Source: Octopus sinensis (lineage: Eukaryota). From it: a DNA stretch of 40,906 bases. Where the stretch lies: NCBI RefSeq assembly GCF_006345805.1, contig NW_021835357.1, forward strand, positions 1 through 40,906. The letters are read 5' to 3'. The notes beneath the pieces are model-generated. The model was not told the DNA's origin. It saw only the letters and a program-made list of their open reading frames with translations, and did not search any database. Below are positions 11,076-23,780 of this stretch, piece by piece (within the stretch, counting starts at the first letter, position 1; the number at the start of each line of letters is the position of its first letter). Position numbers and translations under genes: made by a program.

Positions 11076-11344
11076 TGTTCTTATTATCTTCGTTATTTTC
11101 CTTCAAGATGTTATTGATACCATTTCTCTTGGTGTTTTTCTTCTAATTCAACGCGTTATTGTGCTTTTTGTCGTTGCTATTGTTGCTGTTGTTGACGCTA
11201 TCTGATGAGCATTAGTGTTTTTTTTTACTACAACACAACCCTGACCATCACCACTCGTTCTGTTTTGTTTTGTTCCTGTTTTGTCTTGTTTCTGTTTTTT
11301 TTTCTGTTTGAAATTCATGTTGTTATTGCTGTTGTTGTCAATGG

Positions 11345-11635
11345 GTGATTATTATAGTGGGGGCGATGGTGGTAGTGCTGGTGTTGGTGGTGGCGTTAAT
11401 GTTGGTCATGATGATGATGAAAATGGTGACGATGATGAAGGTGGTGGTTGTGGTGGTGATGCTGCTGCTGGTGGTGTTAATGGTGGTCATGATGATGATG
11501 AAAATGGCGACGATGAAGATGGTCGTGGTGGCGGTGGTGGTGTTTATGGCGTTGGTGGTTGTGGTTGTGGTGGTTGTGGTGGTGATGCTCGCAGTGATGA
11601 TGATGATGGTGATGGTGATGATATTGTGATGACGT
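11345..11635. repeat. Degenerate (GGT/GAT)n tract with an internal repeated phrase ggtcatgatgatgatgaaaatgg
   Basis: Direct. Confidence 0.8.
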
Positions 11636-11659
11636 TGCCTTTATTGATGAGGATGTGGA

Positions 11660-11725
11660 GGCGAGTGGCTTGATGGTTAGATCTTTCGATTCAGGATCAT
11701 AATATGGTGGTTTCGATTCCTGGAC
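11660..11725 (+). mobile_element. tRNA-like SINE head (family C/E type), possibly the 5' part of the SINE at 12266
   Basis: gtggcttgatggttag...gtggtttcgattcctggac, similar to the head at 28601. Confidence 0.55.
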
Positions 11726-11967
11726 CGCTACAGTCCAGTCAGATGATATTTCCCTTTGCCCTTCAATTTTTTATTTAGCTTATCCTTTGCCATGCAAGGG
11801 CTCTTCTTACCATCAGTTTACCCTGTATTTTGTAGATTTAATTTTAGCTAAGACATTAGCTATTCTACTCATAATTTTCTTTTTTTCTTCATAGTTCTGT
11901 TATTTTGAACTAAGACAGCTAAAGTCTTGATGCTTCTTTCATCATTTCTCTCGGTTCGCTCCGTTTT

Positions 11968-13015
11968 AATATGGCTTCAAAGAAACAAAGAGAAAACTAC
12001 CATGATGATGATGATGATAATAAGGGTTTTAAATGTTGCCACAAGGGCAGCCATTTTGAGGGAGGGGAACTTATATATAATTTATCGACCCCGAAAGTTT
12101 GAAAGAAGTCGACCACAGTGATATTTGAACTCAGAATGTATACAACAACAACAACAATAATAATACCTTCCTTTTATTTTTTCAATTGTGTGCCTTGTAT
12201 CTAATTTGGTTCCTGGATTCCTAGAACTTCCTATATCCGCGTTTGGTCTAGTTCTCACTCTTACTCTGGACTGGGCTGTGTTGTGTTCTTGAGCAAGACA
12301 CTTTATTTCACATTGCTCCAGTTCCCTCAATTGTAGAAGTGTATTGCGACATCACTGGTGCCAAGCTGTATCAGCCTTTGCCTTTGCATTGGATAACATC
12401 AGTGGTGTGGAGAGAGAGAGAGAGAGAGAGAGTTGGGGCTGGTATGCATGGGTGACTACTGGTTTTCCGTAAATAACCTTGTCCAGACTTGTGCCTCGGA
12501 GGGTAACTAGACAAGTAGTTTTTGGTAAGCAGGCTTTGATCGTGTATCGCCAATATGAAACCTGCAATCTCTGCATTCGGTCCTCAGCTTCTAAGCCACT
12601 GATTGGTTGTTGTCTATTTCGAAATTTCAACTTCGAAGTAAATACTGTCCATGTAGATAAACTAAGCACCAGTGCAGCACTGGGTCGATATGATCGACAC
12701 ATCTCCTCCACCATAATGCTGCCCTTGTGTCAAAATTTGAAACCATTATCATTGTTATTATGATTTGAAGCTTTGTGCTACAATAGAAAGGATTATCACT
12801 ATTATTATTAATATTATTATTATTATTGTTGTTGTTGTTGTTGTATACATTCTGAGTTCAAATTACACTGTGCTCGACTTCTCCTTTCAAACTTTTGGGG
12901 TCGATAAATTATATATAAGTTCCCCTCCCCCAAATGGCTGCCCTTGTGGCAAAATTTAAAACCCTTATCATCATCATCATCATCATCATCATTATTATTA
13001 TTATTATTATTATTA

Positions 13016-13050
<35 letters not shown>

Positions 13051-13063
13051 ATTATTATTATTA

Positions 13064-13115
<52 letters not shown>

Positions 13116-13132
13116 CATTATTATTATTATTA

Positions 13133-13166
<34 letters not shown>

Positions 13167-13212
13167 CATCATCATCATTGTAGTTTTCTCTTTGTTTCTT
13201 TGAAGCCATATT
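11968..13212. repeat. Local inverted duplication: left arm 11968-12165, right arm about 12812-13212
   Basis: aatatggcttcaaagaaacaaagagaaaacta (11968) is the reverse complement of 13181-13212. Both arms continue through the same truncated A2 SINE and the (CAA)(AAT) flank. Confidence 0.85.
12266..12510 (+). mobile_element. CORE-like SINE body, family C
   Basis: ttgtgttcttgagcaagacactttatttcacattgctccagtt...gtgccaagctgtatcagcctttgc...cttgtgcctcggaggg, homologous to the inverted copy at 33245-33544. Confidence 0.8.
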
Positions 13213-13529
13213 CAATTATTATGGCTTAGTTTTACATCGTTCGTCCTTTTTTTGCCCTTCTCTGTAGATCTTTACTTCTGCCCCTCTTTCTACATTACTC
13301 TCTTTCTCATTAACTCTCTTTCTCTCCCATTGCTCTCCCTCTCTCTCCTGGTGCTATATATACGTGTTTCTCTTTCATCTCTGTTTATATAAATGCGTTT
13401 CTCTATCGGTGTCTGTGTCTTCAGGTTATTTACTACACAACTTTATTCGCTTTGTTAATCATCGTCTCTTCTCCATTTTCTTTAGCTCTACCTCTCTCTC
13501 TCTCTCTAAATCTCTAAATCTCTTATTTA

Positions 13530-13582
13530 ACTTTATATATATATGTATGTATATATGTATATATATATAGATAGATATATAT

Positions 13583-13620
<38 letters not shown>

Positions 13621-13969
13621 TATATATTATATATATATATACATATATATAAACATGTATATATGTATATATTAATTCGTATGTCACAATCAATACACAC
13701 ACAACACATACATATATATATATATTATATAATTCTATGTTATGCGTGTATAAGTGAGCTGAAACTAGGAAAAATATATATAGATAGATAAATAGATAGA
13801 TATTATATATATATATATATATACATACATATATACACACATACATATTTATATATATAATATATGTATATATGTGTGTGTGTACATGTATGTGTGTGCT
13901 TCTCTACCTGTGTACATGTCGTTGTATATGCGTCAGTATATACCCATGTATATATATATATTATATATA

Positions 13970-14024
<55 letters not shown>

Positions 14025-14030
14025 TATATT
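13530..14030. repeat. (TA)n-dominated compound microsatellite
   Basis: Direct. Confidence 0.95.
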
Positions 14031-14119
14031 TGTGTCTCGAAATATGTTTCCGACGCTTGCTTTTAGCTGCCTGATCTATTGAACTTCAGTCATCGAATTA
14101 AAATACAAGTAGCTACCTT

Positions 14120-14190
14120 ATATTACGTGTCACCCTAACCGTAGCGCAGTTCTGAAACAAAATCAGCGTGACACAGTGTGACAAGACTGC
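14120..14190 (-). mobile_element. Decayed fragment related to the family B SINE centre
   Basis: gtcaccctaaccgtagcgcagttctgaaacaaaatcagcgtgacacagtgtgacaagactg compared with gtacccttaacgcagttctcggggatattcagcgtgacacagagagtgacaaggccg at about 35925. Confidence 0.55.
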
Positions 14191-14299
14191 TCTCGTCGAG
14201 TACATTATATTGAACCATTCCAGCTACCACACTATATCCTTTTATCCAAAGTATATATGAGTCATAGAGCGGCTTCGAATTATAACAAGTAAATCGTGT

Positions 14300-14470
14300 T
14301 TGACAACAGATGTTAGTGTGTGTACGTCATCGTAATTTAGCGGTTCGGCGAAAGGGCGGATAGAATAAGTTCGGAGCTTAACAATTAGCAACTACTAGGA
14401 TCGATAGTTTAAGGTGGTGCTTCATCAAGGCCTCAGTCACAGGAACGAAATAAGCAAGAGATAAAGGATA
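14300..14470 (+). mobile_element. Decayed 3' half of a family D SINE
   Basis: ttgacaacagatgttagtgtgtgtacgtc...ttagcggttcggcgaaag...gatagaataagt, aligns with 1766-1950. Confidence 0.65.
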
Positions 14471-14639
14471 GGTAGAACATGTGTGCGCGTCCTCGATTGC
14501 TCACGTGGTTCTCTGTCCGCGTGAGTATTTGTATTTCTGAATCTTATACGTGCAAGACTATGGACATTCGCAATGTATATCTAGAGGACAACTTGCAAGG
14601 AAGGAACTAAATGGTTATTTTGTATGCATTGCTTCCTAA

Positions 14640-14930
<291 letters not shown>

Positions 14931-15009
14931 ACACGTGCACATGTATGTACAAGTGCTCGTTATAGAGAACATTAGCAGCCATTACTATGTCTTGCGAATA
15001 GGATTTGGC

Positions 15010-16065
15010 CTTGATGATGATGATGATGATGATGGTTATGATGAAGATGATGACAACAACTATGATGCCACCGATTGTTATCGTAATCTTGATGGCAAAG
15101 TCGAAGAACAATGAGTTCCATGGGAGAAGAAAAAGGAGGAAGAAGAAGAAGAATATTAATAACAGGGTTCCGATATCAGAAGATGCTTGTCTTTGTAACG
15201 AAGGCGATGATAACGATGATGGCGATCATAATGATGACATTCATGATGATGTCGATGATGATGATGATGATATGATGATGATGATGGTGGTGATGAAGAT
15301 GATGATGATGAATATATGGGGATGATAACGATGATGTTGACGATAATGATGATAGTGATGTTATTGTGGTATTGGTGATAGTGATGTTATTGTGGTATTG
15401 GTGCCCTCGTTTCTGATGCTGATGTTGTGGATGATGATGCTGATGATGTTTTCGATGGCCATGACCACGATAATGACTATAGCGATTGTGGTAGTGAAAA
15501 TGGTGCCAGTCTTTGAGGTGGTAGTGGTGGTGGTGGTGGTGGTGGTGGTCTCGTTGGTGAGGATACTTTTGGAGTTGGTGGCAGCGGTGATAGTGTTAAT
15601 GGTGGCAGTGGCTTTGTTGTTGTTGTTGTTGCTGGTAGTGGTGGTGGTGTTGGTAGTTGTGGTGCCGGTGGTAGTGGTGCCGGTGGTAGTGGTGGTGCTG
15701 ATAGTGGTGCCCGTGGTAGTGGTGGTGGTGGTAGTGGTGGCGGTGGTGGTAGTGGTGGTGGTGGTGGTGGTGGCGGTGGTAGTGATGGTGGTGGCGGCGG
15801 CGGCGGCGGTGGTGGTGGTGGTGGTGGTGGTGGTGGTGGTGGTTAGTAGTGGTGGTTGTGATGGTGGTGGTGGTGGTGGTTGTGATGGTGGTGGTTGTGA
15901 TGGTGGTGGTGGTGGTGGTGGTAGTGGTGGTATTGGCGGTGGGTAGTAAGGGGTGATAGTGAACATGGTGATCGTGCTGGCGGCGGCGATGTTAGTAATG
16001 AAGATAAAAAGCTGCAGAGATGTAGCTGACATGCCATATCAAGTTGTACGATGACGATGATGATC

Positions 16066-16096
<31 letters not shown>

Positions 16097-16125
16097 CGAC
16101 GACGATGACGATGATGCTAATGAAT
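15010..16125. repeat. Long (GAT)n/(GGT)n low-complexity block
   Basis: Direct; source of the poly-V/T/G/M ORFs. Confidence 0.9.
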
Positions 16126-16479
16126 AAGATGTTTGTGGTGATCATGAGAAAGATGACGATGATAAAGACGAAAGTTGAAAGGAAGGTGGCGCTAAGTGGG
16201 TCTGTTTGCGATGACGAAACTAGATAGGCACCGAGCAATATAAAACTGATGCTGCTGATAAACACAAAGATTTATCTGCTGGCTGTGGAGGGCGAACAGC
16301 TTCTAATTGTCTCATTCATGTTGCTGCTACAATTGCTGTTGTTGCGGCTTTCTGGCTGTCGTCGTTGTTGTTGTTATTGTTGTTGCTGTCCTTTTTTTTT
16401 CTCTTCTTCGTCTTCCGCATTTATTGAAGTGTTTTCTAAGTTGCCAAAAGAGGTAGATAAAGACACACAATAAAATAGA

Positions 16480-16909
16480 TACACACACACATACACACAC
16501 AACACACACACACACACATACACACATATATATATATATATGTGTAGACATATACACATACATTTATATATATGTATATATGTATATATGTATATGAATG
16601 TATATATATATACACATATATATATATATAGATTTATAGACGTATATATACCGGGTATATATATATATACACTCGATTCTTATATATATATATATTATAT
16701 ATAATATATACACGCACAGACGCACACATATATAAATGCATATAAATATGTTGTATATATATATACATATGCATACGTGTATATATGTATGCATGTACAG
16801 TATGTATATATATAATTATATGTATGTTTGAATACATACACGCACACATATATTTGTATCTATATACATATGTATTTATATATTTATATAGGTAAATATA
16901 TATATATAT

Positions 16910-16940
<31 letters not shown>

Positions 16941-16984
16941 TGAATGTAGGTATATTTATAAATATACCTATACATATACGAATG

Positions 16985-17042
<58 letters not shown>

Positions 17043-17070
17043 TACATATGCATATATGAATGTATGCAAA
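16480..17070. repeat. (CA)n/(TA)n compound microsatellite
   Basis: Direct. Confidence 0.95.
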
Positions 17071-17394
17071 TATATAACGCACGCTGCAGCCGAAATCGGA
17101 GGAACAGTTGTACTAGTGTACGTTTAAACGTTAAATACCCTCGGCGTAATTCAAGCAATGATGTAAATATTCTTTCTATGCTATTGGTGTGCGAAGGAGA
17201 AGAAACAGAGCGACTGTATCTTCTGTTGGAGCGTTCTACGGTATTTTCACGTCTCCAAAGAGATGTTTTATTTCCCGATTAATAAGTAACGATGTTATCA
17301 ATTACGATTTACTAAACCAAAATGAGTATCATCATGGCCAAGGCGAAACTTCGATGTGACAATCTACATTTTTTTCTGGTCTACCAAAATAATT

Positions 17395-18151
17395 CTTTTC
17401 TTTCCTACTCTAGGCACAAGGTTCGATCCCAGTTCGCCACTGGTATTAATTTGTCGACACAGAAAGGATGAAAGGCAAAGTGTAACTCAGTGGAATTTCA
17501 ACTCAGAATGTAGCGGCAGACGAAATACCTATTTCTTTACTATCCACAAGGGGCTAAACACAGACAGGACAAACAAGGACAGACAAACGGATTAAGTCGA
17601 TTATATCGACCCCAGTGCGTAACTGATACTTATTTAATCGATCCAGAAAGGATGAAAGGCAAAGTCGACCTCGGCGGAATTTGAACTCAGAATGTAGCGG
17701 CAGACGAAATACCTATTTCTTTACTATTCACAAGGGGCTAAACACAGAGAGGACAAACAAGGACAGACAAACGGATTAAGTCGATTAGATCGACCCCAGT
17801 GCGTAACTGATACTTATTTAATCGATCCAGAAAGGATTAAAGGCAAAGTCGACCTCGGCGGAATTTGAACTCAGAACGTAACGGCAGACGAAATACCTAA
17901 TTCTTTACTACCCACAAGGGGCTAAACACAAAGAGGACAAACAAGGACAGACAAACGGATTAAGTCGATTATATCGACCGCAGTGCGTAACTGATACTTA
18001 TTTAATCGATCCAGAAAGGATTAAAGGCAAAGTCGACCTCGGCGGAATTTGAACTCAGAACGTAACGGCAGACGAAATACCTATTTCTTTACTACCCACA
18101 AGGAGCTAAACACAGAGAGGACAGACAAACAAGGACAGACAAACGGATTAA
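17395..18151 (-). mobile_element. Tandem array of 184-bp 5'-truncated family A SINE monomers (3 complete units plus partial ends)
   Basis: Units start at 17529, 17713, 17897 and 18081 (exact 184-bp period), with junction ggcagacgaaatac|cta(t/a)ttctttac. Confidence 0.93.
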
Positions 18152-18869
18152 GGCCAATGACTGATAAAAGTAACGAAAAAATATAAAAGCCTATATTTCT
18201 CAATTCATGTGTTATGTGTGTGTGTGTATCTGTGTGTGTGTGTGTATCTGTGTGTGTGTGTGTGTGTGTATGTGTGTGTCGGTGTCTGTGTGCGTTGTGT
18301 ACGTGAGTATTTCTAAATGTATAACTATGATATTTCTGCACACGGTGCACACCTTTGAGCTCCGACGTCGGTTTCCTCTTTTAGATATCCGTAGGATCAC
18401 ACAAAAGGAAATTTGAATAAATGGCACTATTTATTTTCCCTCGAACTCAAATATAAATTACATACGTACACGTACACACGGACACACCTTGCATCTCACA
18501 CAAAGGCACACACCACACACACACACATACACACACACAGACACACACACACAAAAGCACACACATCCAAATATGAATGCATATGTCTCTATGTACACCG
18601 TTTTATTATCTACCTCTTTTGTCATGTCTATATTGTAAGGTTAGTTTTAATGTTAAAATATTTAATCGAGTTTTTAATTACTGTCTACTAGGTTGGCTTA
18701 CCACAGAACATTGTTAAAAAAAGAGATTATTGGATGTAGGTCGCCATCTACGAGCTTCCGGTATTTGCCTGTAAATATAAATATTATTTGTTATATTTTC
18801 TTTGTAGTTTATGTCTGTAAACATCAACTACACAAAGACTGATTATATACGCTTAGAATCTGAAGTTTT

Positions 18870-18920
18870 AGCGAAAAATGCTATCATATATATATATATG
18901 TATGTATGTATATGTATATA

Positions 18921-18951
<31 letters not shown>

Positions 18952-19290
18952 GTATGTATGTATGTGTATATGTACACACATATATATTTATATATATATA
19001 CACATATATATACGTATAATAAGGGCATGTATGAGTATAGATGACCATGTGTTAGATTATGTTTGTGTGTACATATATAAATATATACACATGCATATAT
19101 ATAGATATATAGATATAGATATATATGTACATATACATAAACACACAGATATATATATATATTCATATATATATATATATATATATATATTCATATATAT
19201 ATATATATATATGTGGGGTGTGTGGTGTGTGTGTGTGTGTGTGTGGTGTGTGTACATACATAAATAGATACATACATGCATAAATAGATA
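18870..19290. repeat. (TA)n/(TG)n compound microsatellite
   Basis: Direct. Confidence 0.95.
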
Positions 19291-19641
19291 AATACATACA
19301 ACTGTTTACAGTTGTGCAAATCAGCATCCCAGCGAATGTGTTAATATAAAGCTAAAGTGCACTAGGTCACTTGCCCTCGTTATATACTTCGTTATATATA
19401 CGTCTGAGTAGAAGTATTTGTGTGTGTATGTGTGTGTGTTCGTGCGTATACCTCGATGTGCTTTTATGCATGTGTGTATTGTACATAGTGTAATGGACAA
19501 ATGTATAGTTAACAACAAAACGTTTACAAATCTCTTCAGCTTTTGGGACAAAAACATTATTCGTTTCGGTACATCTTGGGAGTCAAAGCACGGACTTTAT
19601 ACACACACACACACACATATATATATATTATATATATATAA

Positions 19642-19674
<33 letters not shown>

Positions 19675-19698
19675 AGAAAAAAGGTTTGAAAATGCAAA

Positions 19699-19729
<31 letters not shown>

Positions 19730-19961
19730 ATATATATGTATATATGTATATATATATATATATGTATGTATATATATAGATATTTCTAAAAACATATATA
19801 TGTATGTATATGTATATATATATATAGGTGTATATATATAATGAATAAAAAATATTTTATTCCATATTAGCATCTAATCTCCTCCATTTACGAAAAATAT
19901 GATTGAATTTCTCATTCGTTCTATCACTTAAATGATATACTTAACATATACATACATATAT

Positions 19962-20182
19962 AAGCTGGCAGAATCGTTAGCACACCGGCCGAAATACTTA
20001 GCGGTATTTCGTCTGCCGATACGTTCTGTGTTCAAATTTTCGCCGAAGTCAACTTTTCATTTCATCCTCTTGGGGTCGATTAAGTAATTACCAACTACGC
20101 TCTGGGGTCGATATAATCGACTTAATCTCTTTGTCTGTTCTTGTTTGTCCCGTCTATGTTTAGCCCCCTGTCGACAATAAAG
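19962..20182 (+). mobile_element. Near full-length, diverged family A SINE
   Basis: agctggcagaatcgttagcac...gttcaaatt...ttgtcccgtctatgtttagccccctgtcgacaataaag; reverse complement of the minus-strand copies. Confidence 0.9.
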
Positions 20183-20389
20183 ATATATATATATATATAT
20201 ATATATTATATAATATATATATATATATATATATAATACATATAGTTTAAAGCATATATGCCCATAAGAGTCTCAGAGATGTTATGCAAAATATGAGGTC
20301 CAGTTAGCTTGGTGAACATACAGACATTCTCCATCCTATTGGTGTAACCCAGAGAGAAGCGGAGGCAAGAGATCCAGTGCCAATGCGGG

Positions 20390-20391
<2 letters not shown>

Positions 20392-20470
<79 letters not shown>
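20392..20470. repeat. (CA)n microsatellite
   Basis: Direct. Confidence 0.95.
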
Positions 20471-20471
<1 letters not shown>

Positions 20472-21744
20472 TATATACTAGCAGACCGACGACCAGCGCA
20501 ATCCGACTGAAAACAATTTATTATATGAGGGCCTTTATTTATCAACCATTACCTAATGGGATCCTTCCCCTTTAAAGCTCATAGTGTCATATGAGGGAGA
20601 TGTGTGTCATATTTCTAGCAGGTGAAACCTCTATACAAAGAACGCCCCACTGCGCTTCTAAGTATACGTTTTATATGTTGAGTGGTCAGAGAACGGATGC
20701 AATTTGTTAATGTACTGCTTCGCTTTGTAGATGATGTTAACCAAATCAACAGGTTTGTTGTTAGTGTTTAGTATCAAGCCATAATATACATATTAACATG
20801 ACACACATTATAACATTGTGTTAACTGTGAGATGAGAGCGTCCAGATAGCGAAAATGTAACAAGTGAAACATGGGTTAATTGTAACAGCATAGATTCACT
20901 TTAAATCTGATTGCGTATGAGATTGAGAATTGCAGATTTATCTTTGATATCGGAACAGTGTTATTGCTTCTGAGTGCTCGGCAAAAACGCTCGCTTTTTT
21001 TTTGTGTTTTAATCTTTATTTATTGTCCTTTGTTGGTCGTAGTATTTGTGTGACAGTCACAATTGATTTTGCTAAATTGAAAGAAAGAGCGCGAAGCAGA
21101 AGCTAATGTTTGTTCGGCAACCTCAGAGACAATTCTTCCAAAATGGTTTATTGGTCGGTAAAGGGTGATGGGTTAACCCAAAAGCGACCAAAAGAAAAAA
21201 TATATATATATATAATAAAAATAATAACAAACAAGCAAATATTGAATCTAGGGACTCTGATTCAGAATCGGTCAAAATTGATCTTTTGATGTAAACATTC
21301 GTTTTAAAGATATCAACCGCGAAAGCAACATTTCTACAACATTGGCCGCTTCAAGTGTTGAGGCATATCTCTGATGTTTAGAGATCAGATTTTTTGATTA
21401 AATTTGCATCCGTTTAAATAGATCTAAGCCCATATTAATTAAAGCAAGCAAAATCTGCCATTCATTTATTTATTACTTTATGTTTTGTTATCTTTGGTAT
21501 TTCTTTATCTCGCCAACTAAATCACTCAACAAATTAATGTGGATTCAGCAGTTGATGGGGGGAGGGGAAAACAACACCAACACACACACACACACACACA
21601 CTTACATAGACACACACACACATACACAAACACTCACACGGAAAGAGAATACATTGAGAGCTATGAAAATTTTCGTATTTGTTAAAGGAGAGTTTAATGC
21701 TATTGTATGACAGCTGTGCGCGTTTTATTTCATTTTTAAGTACC

Positions 21745-21910
21745 TTGTTGTTGTTGCTGCTGTTGTTGTTTTTATTATTATTATCATCATCATCATCATC
21801 ATCATCATCGTCATTATTATTATTATTATTATTATTATCATTATTATTATCATTATTATTATCATTATTATTATTATTATTATTATTATATTATTATTAT
21901 TATTATTATG
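21745..21910. repeat. (GTT)/(CAT)/(ATT)n microsatellite
   Basis: Direct. Confidence 0.9.
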
Positions 21911-22055
21911 AGGCGGCAATCTGGGAGATTTGTTAGTAATAGCAAAAGTGCTCGACGTTGTCCGTTCGAATTCTGCGATGGTCAACTTTGTATTTCGTCC
22001 CTCCTCGTGAAGTAAACACCCAGTAAATTATTGATGTCGATTATATTGACTTAAC
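21911..22055 (+). mobile_element. Heavily decayed family A SINE
   Basis: ggcggcaatctgggagatttgttag...gttcgaattctgcgatggtcaactttgtatttcgtcc...gtcgattatattgactta. Confidence 0.55.
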
Positions 22056-22332
22056 CAGTGCTACTTAAAATGGTGGTCCGCGGACCCGTGCCGGTCCACG
22101 AGCTTCCGGTACGCGGCGAGTTTCCAGAAAAGAAGGAAACGTTATGAAATGCTTATGTAATATTGAGTCATTTGTTTACAAAATAAATATAAGATTAAAA
22201 AGTTGTCAACTTTTAATATATTCATTATATATATTGTTTCCGGTACAAATTAATATTACTAAGAAATATTTCCAGTCCCTGGTATATTGGAAAAAAAAAC
22301 TGGTGGTACGCCAGATAGTTTCAGAAGTACTG
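22056..22332. mobile_element. hAT (Charlie/MER5-like) MITE, 277 bp
   Basis: Left end CAGTGCTACTTAAAatggtggtccgcggacc; right end reverse complement CAGTACTTCTGAAA (11/14 match). No intact 8-bp TSD. Confidence 0.6.
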
Positions 22333-22673
22333 CCCTGCATCACTTCTGTTCAAAATTTCTAAATTTGGGGCATTATCAGAAACACGGTAAAAGAGGGAGG
22401 GTGATTGCTGGACAGTGGCCGAAGGTATTAATGATACACTCCTTCCTCTTCGGTCAAGCGTTCGTCTAGTTCTTGGGAAGCATCAAGAGAGTGGAGAGAC
22501 AAGTGATAATGAGGGTGGAGAAAGAAATATGTCAAAAGGTGAGCGACTGAGATAAAAATAGTTAGGATGAACGGAAGTACACTAAGCATGCGCCTATACG
22601 TTGGTGAAAAGTTGGGTGAGGTATTCCTATTTTGCTGCTCTAGATATTCCTCTCTCTCTCTCTATGTCTATTA

Positions 22674-22731
<58 letters not shown>

Positions 22732-23044
22732 GGGAATAAAACGCATATATATAATTTTCGAAATGACACACAGTTACTTATCTAATAAATAGAAACATTA
22801 TTTTTTCTACATCTCTCAGTGAAAGATATTCAGTAATAATATATCAAAGTGAAGACTATTTGCCAACATAATGTGGCAGTCCTATACGACACAATATATT
22901 AATGTTGCTTTTAATTTCAAATTATAGCATGAAACTGAATGATTATTCAATTCTTCCTAAGACGGTACATATTTATTAAACTTTTTCAAAGAGGCTGTTT
23001 GTGATTTCGAAATTTCTGCTGCTCGTCCTTCCTCTTTACATATC

Positions 23045-23048
23045 TACG

Positions 23049-23079
<31 letters not shown>

Positions 23080-23165
23080 TTATATTATATAGAGATTTTT
23101 TTCTCTTACGAGGTTTTTCACGCTAGCCACTGATAATTTCTTATGAAGATTTTATCCTTAATTAA

Positions 23166-23205
<40 letters not shown>

Positions 23206-23261
23206 TATATATAATATATATATGTATATATATGTATATATATATATAATATATATATGAT

Positions 23262-23294
<33 letters not shown>

Positions 23295-23575
23295 GTATGT
23301 AATATATATATCTAATATATATATATATATATATATCATTATATATATTATATGTATATATATAATAATAATATTAGGGAATAAATCCAAATTTACAGGA
23401 AAAATCAGATTTAGGATTGAATCCAATTTTATAGTAACAATATTATATAATATTAATTAGAGACAAAACCACTATTTTGCAAATCAAACAAGGAAAGACT
23501 TAATCAATACAGAAAAAAATTTTTATATAAGTAAAATAGTGCAAAATAGTGGCTTTGTCTCTAATTATATATATG

Positions 23576-23644
<69 letters not shown>

Positions 23645-23735
23645 AATTATATGTTTGTGTATGTATATTATATATATATATGTATATATATACATATATA
23701 TATATTGATTTGCATAATAGTGGTTTTGTCTCTAA

Positions 23736-23773
<38 letters not shown>

Positions 23774-23780
23774 TATATGC
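23045..23780. repeat. (TA)n tracts enclosing an AT-rich segment with inverted copies (23444-23487 against 23540-23567 and 23705-23748)
   Basis: attagagacaaaaccactattttgcaaatcaa and its reverse complement ttgatttgcataatagtggttttgtctctaat (1 mismatch). Confidence 0.8.

Noticed and set aside
14480-14530. Strong + strand donor ccgc|GTGAGT with an upstream ATG (MCARPRLLTWFSVR)
   Set aside because: Phase 0 is incompatible with the phase-1 acceptor at 36457, it is not signal-like and it sits beside a SINE remnant.
17529-18151. Regularly spaced repeats resembling a CRISPR array
   Set aside because: The units are contiguous 184-bp SINE monomers with no unique spacers, the context is eukaryotic and there are no cas genes.
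21100-21165. ATG...gtc g|GTAAAG phase-1 candidate first exon (MFVRQPQRQFFQNGLLV); also atgtcaaaag|gtgagc near 22530
   Set aside because: Neither gives a hydrophobic signal peptide, and there is no other support without RNA data.
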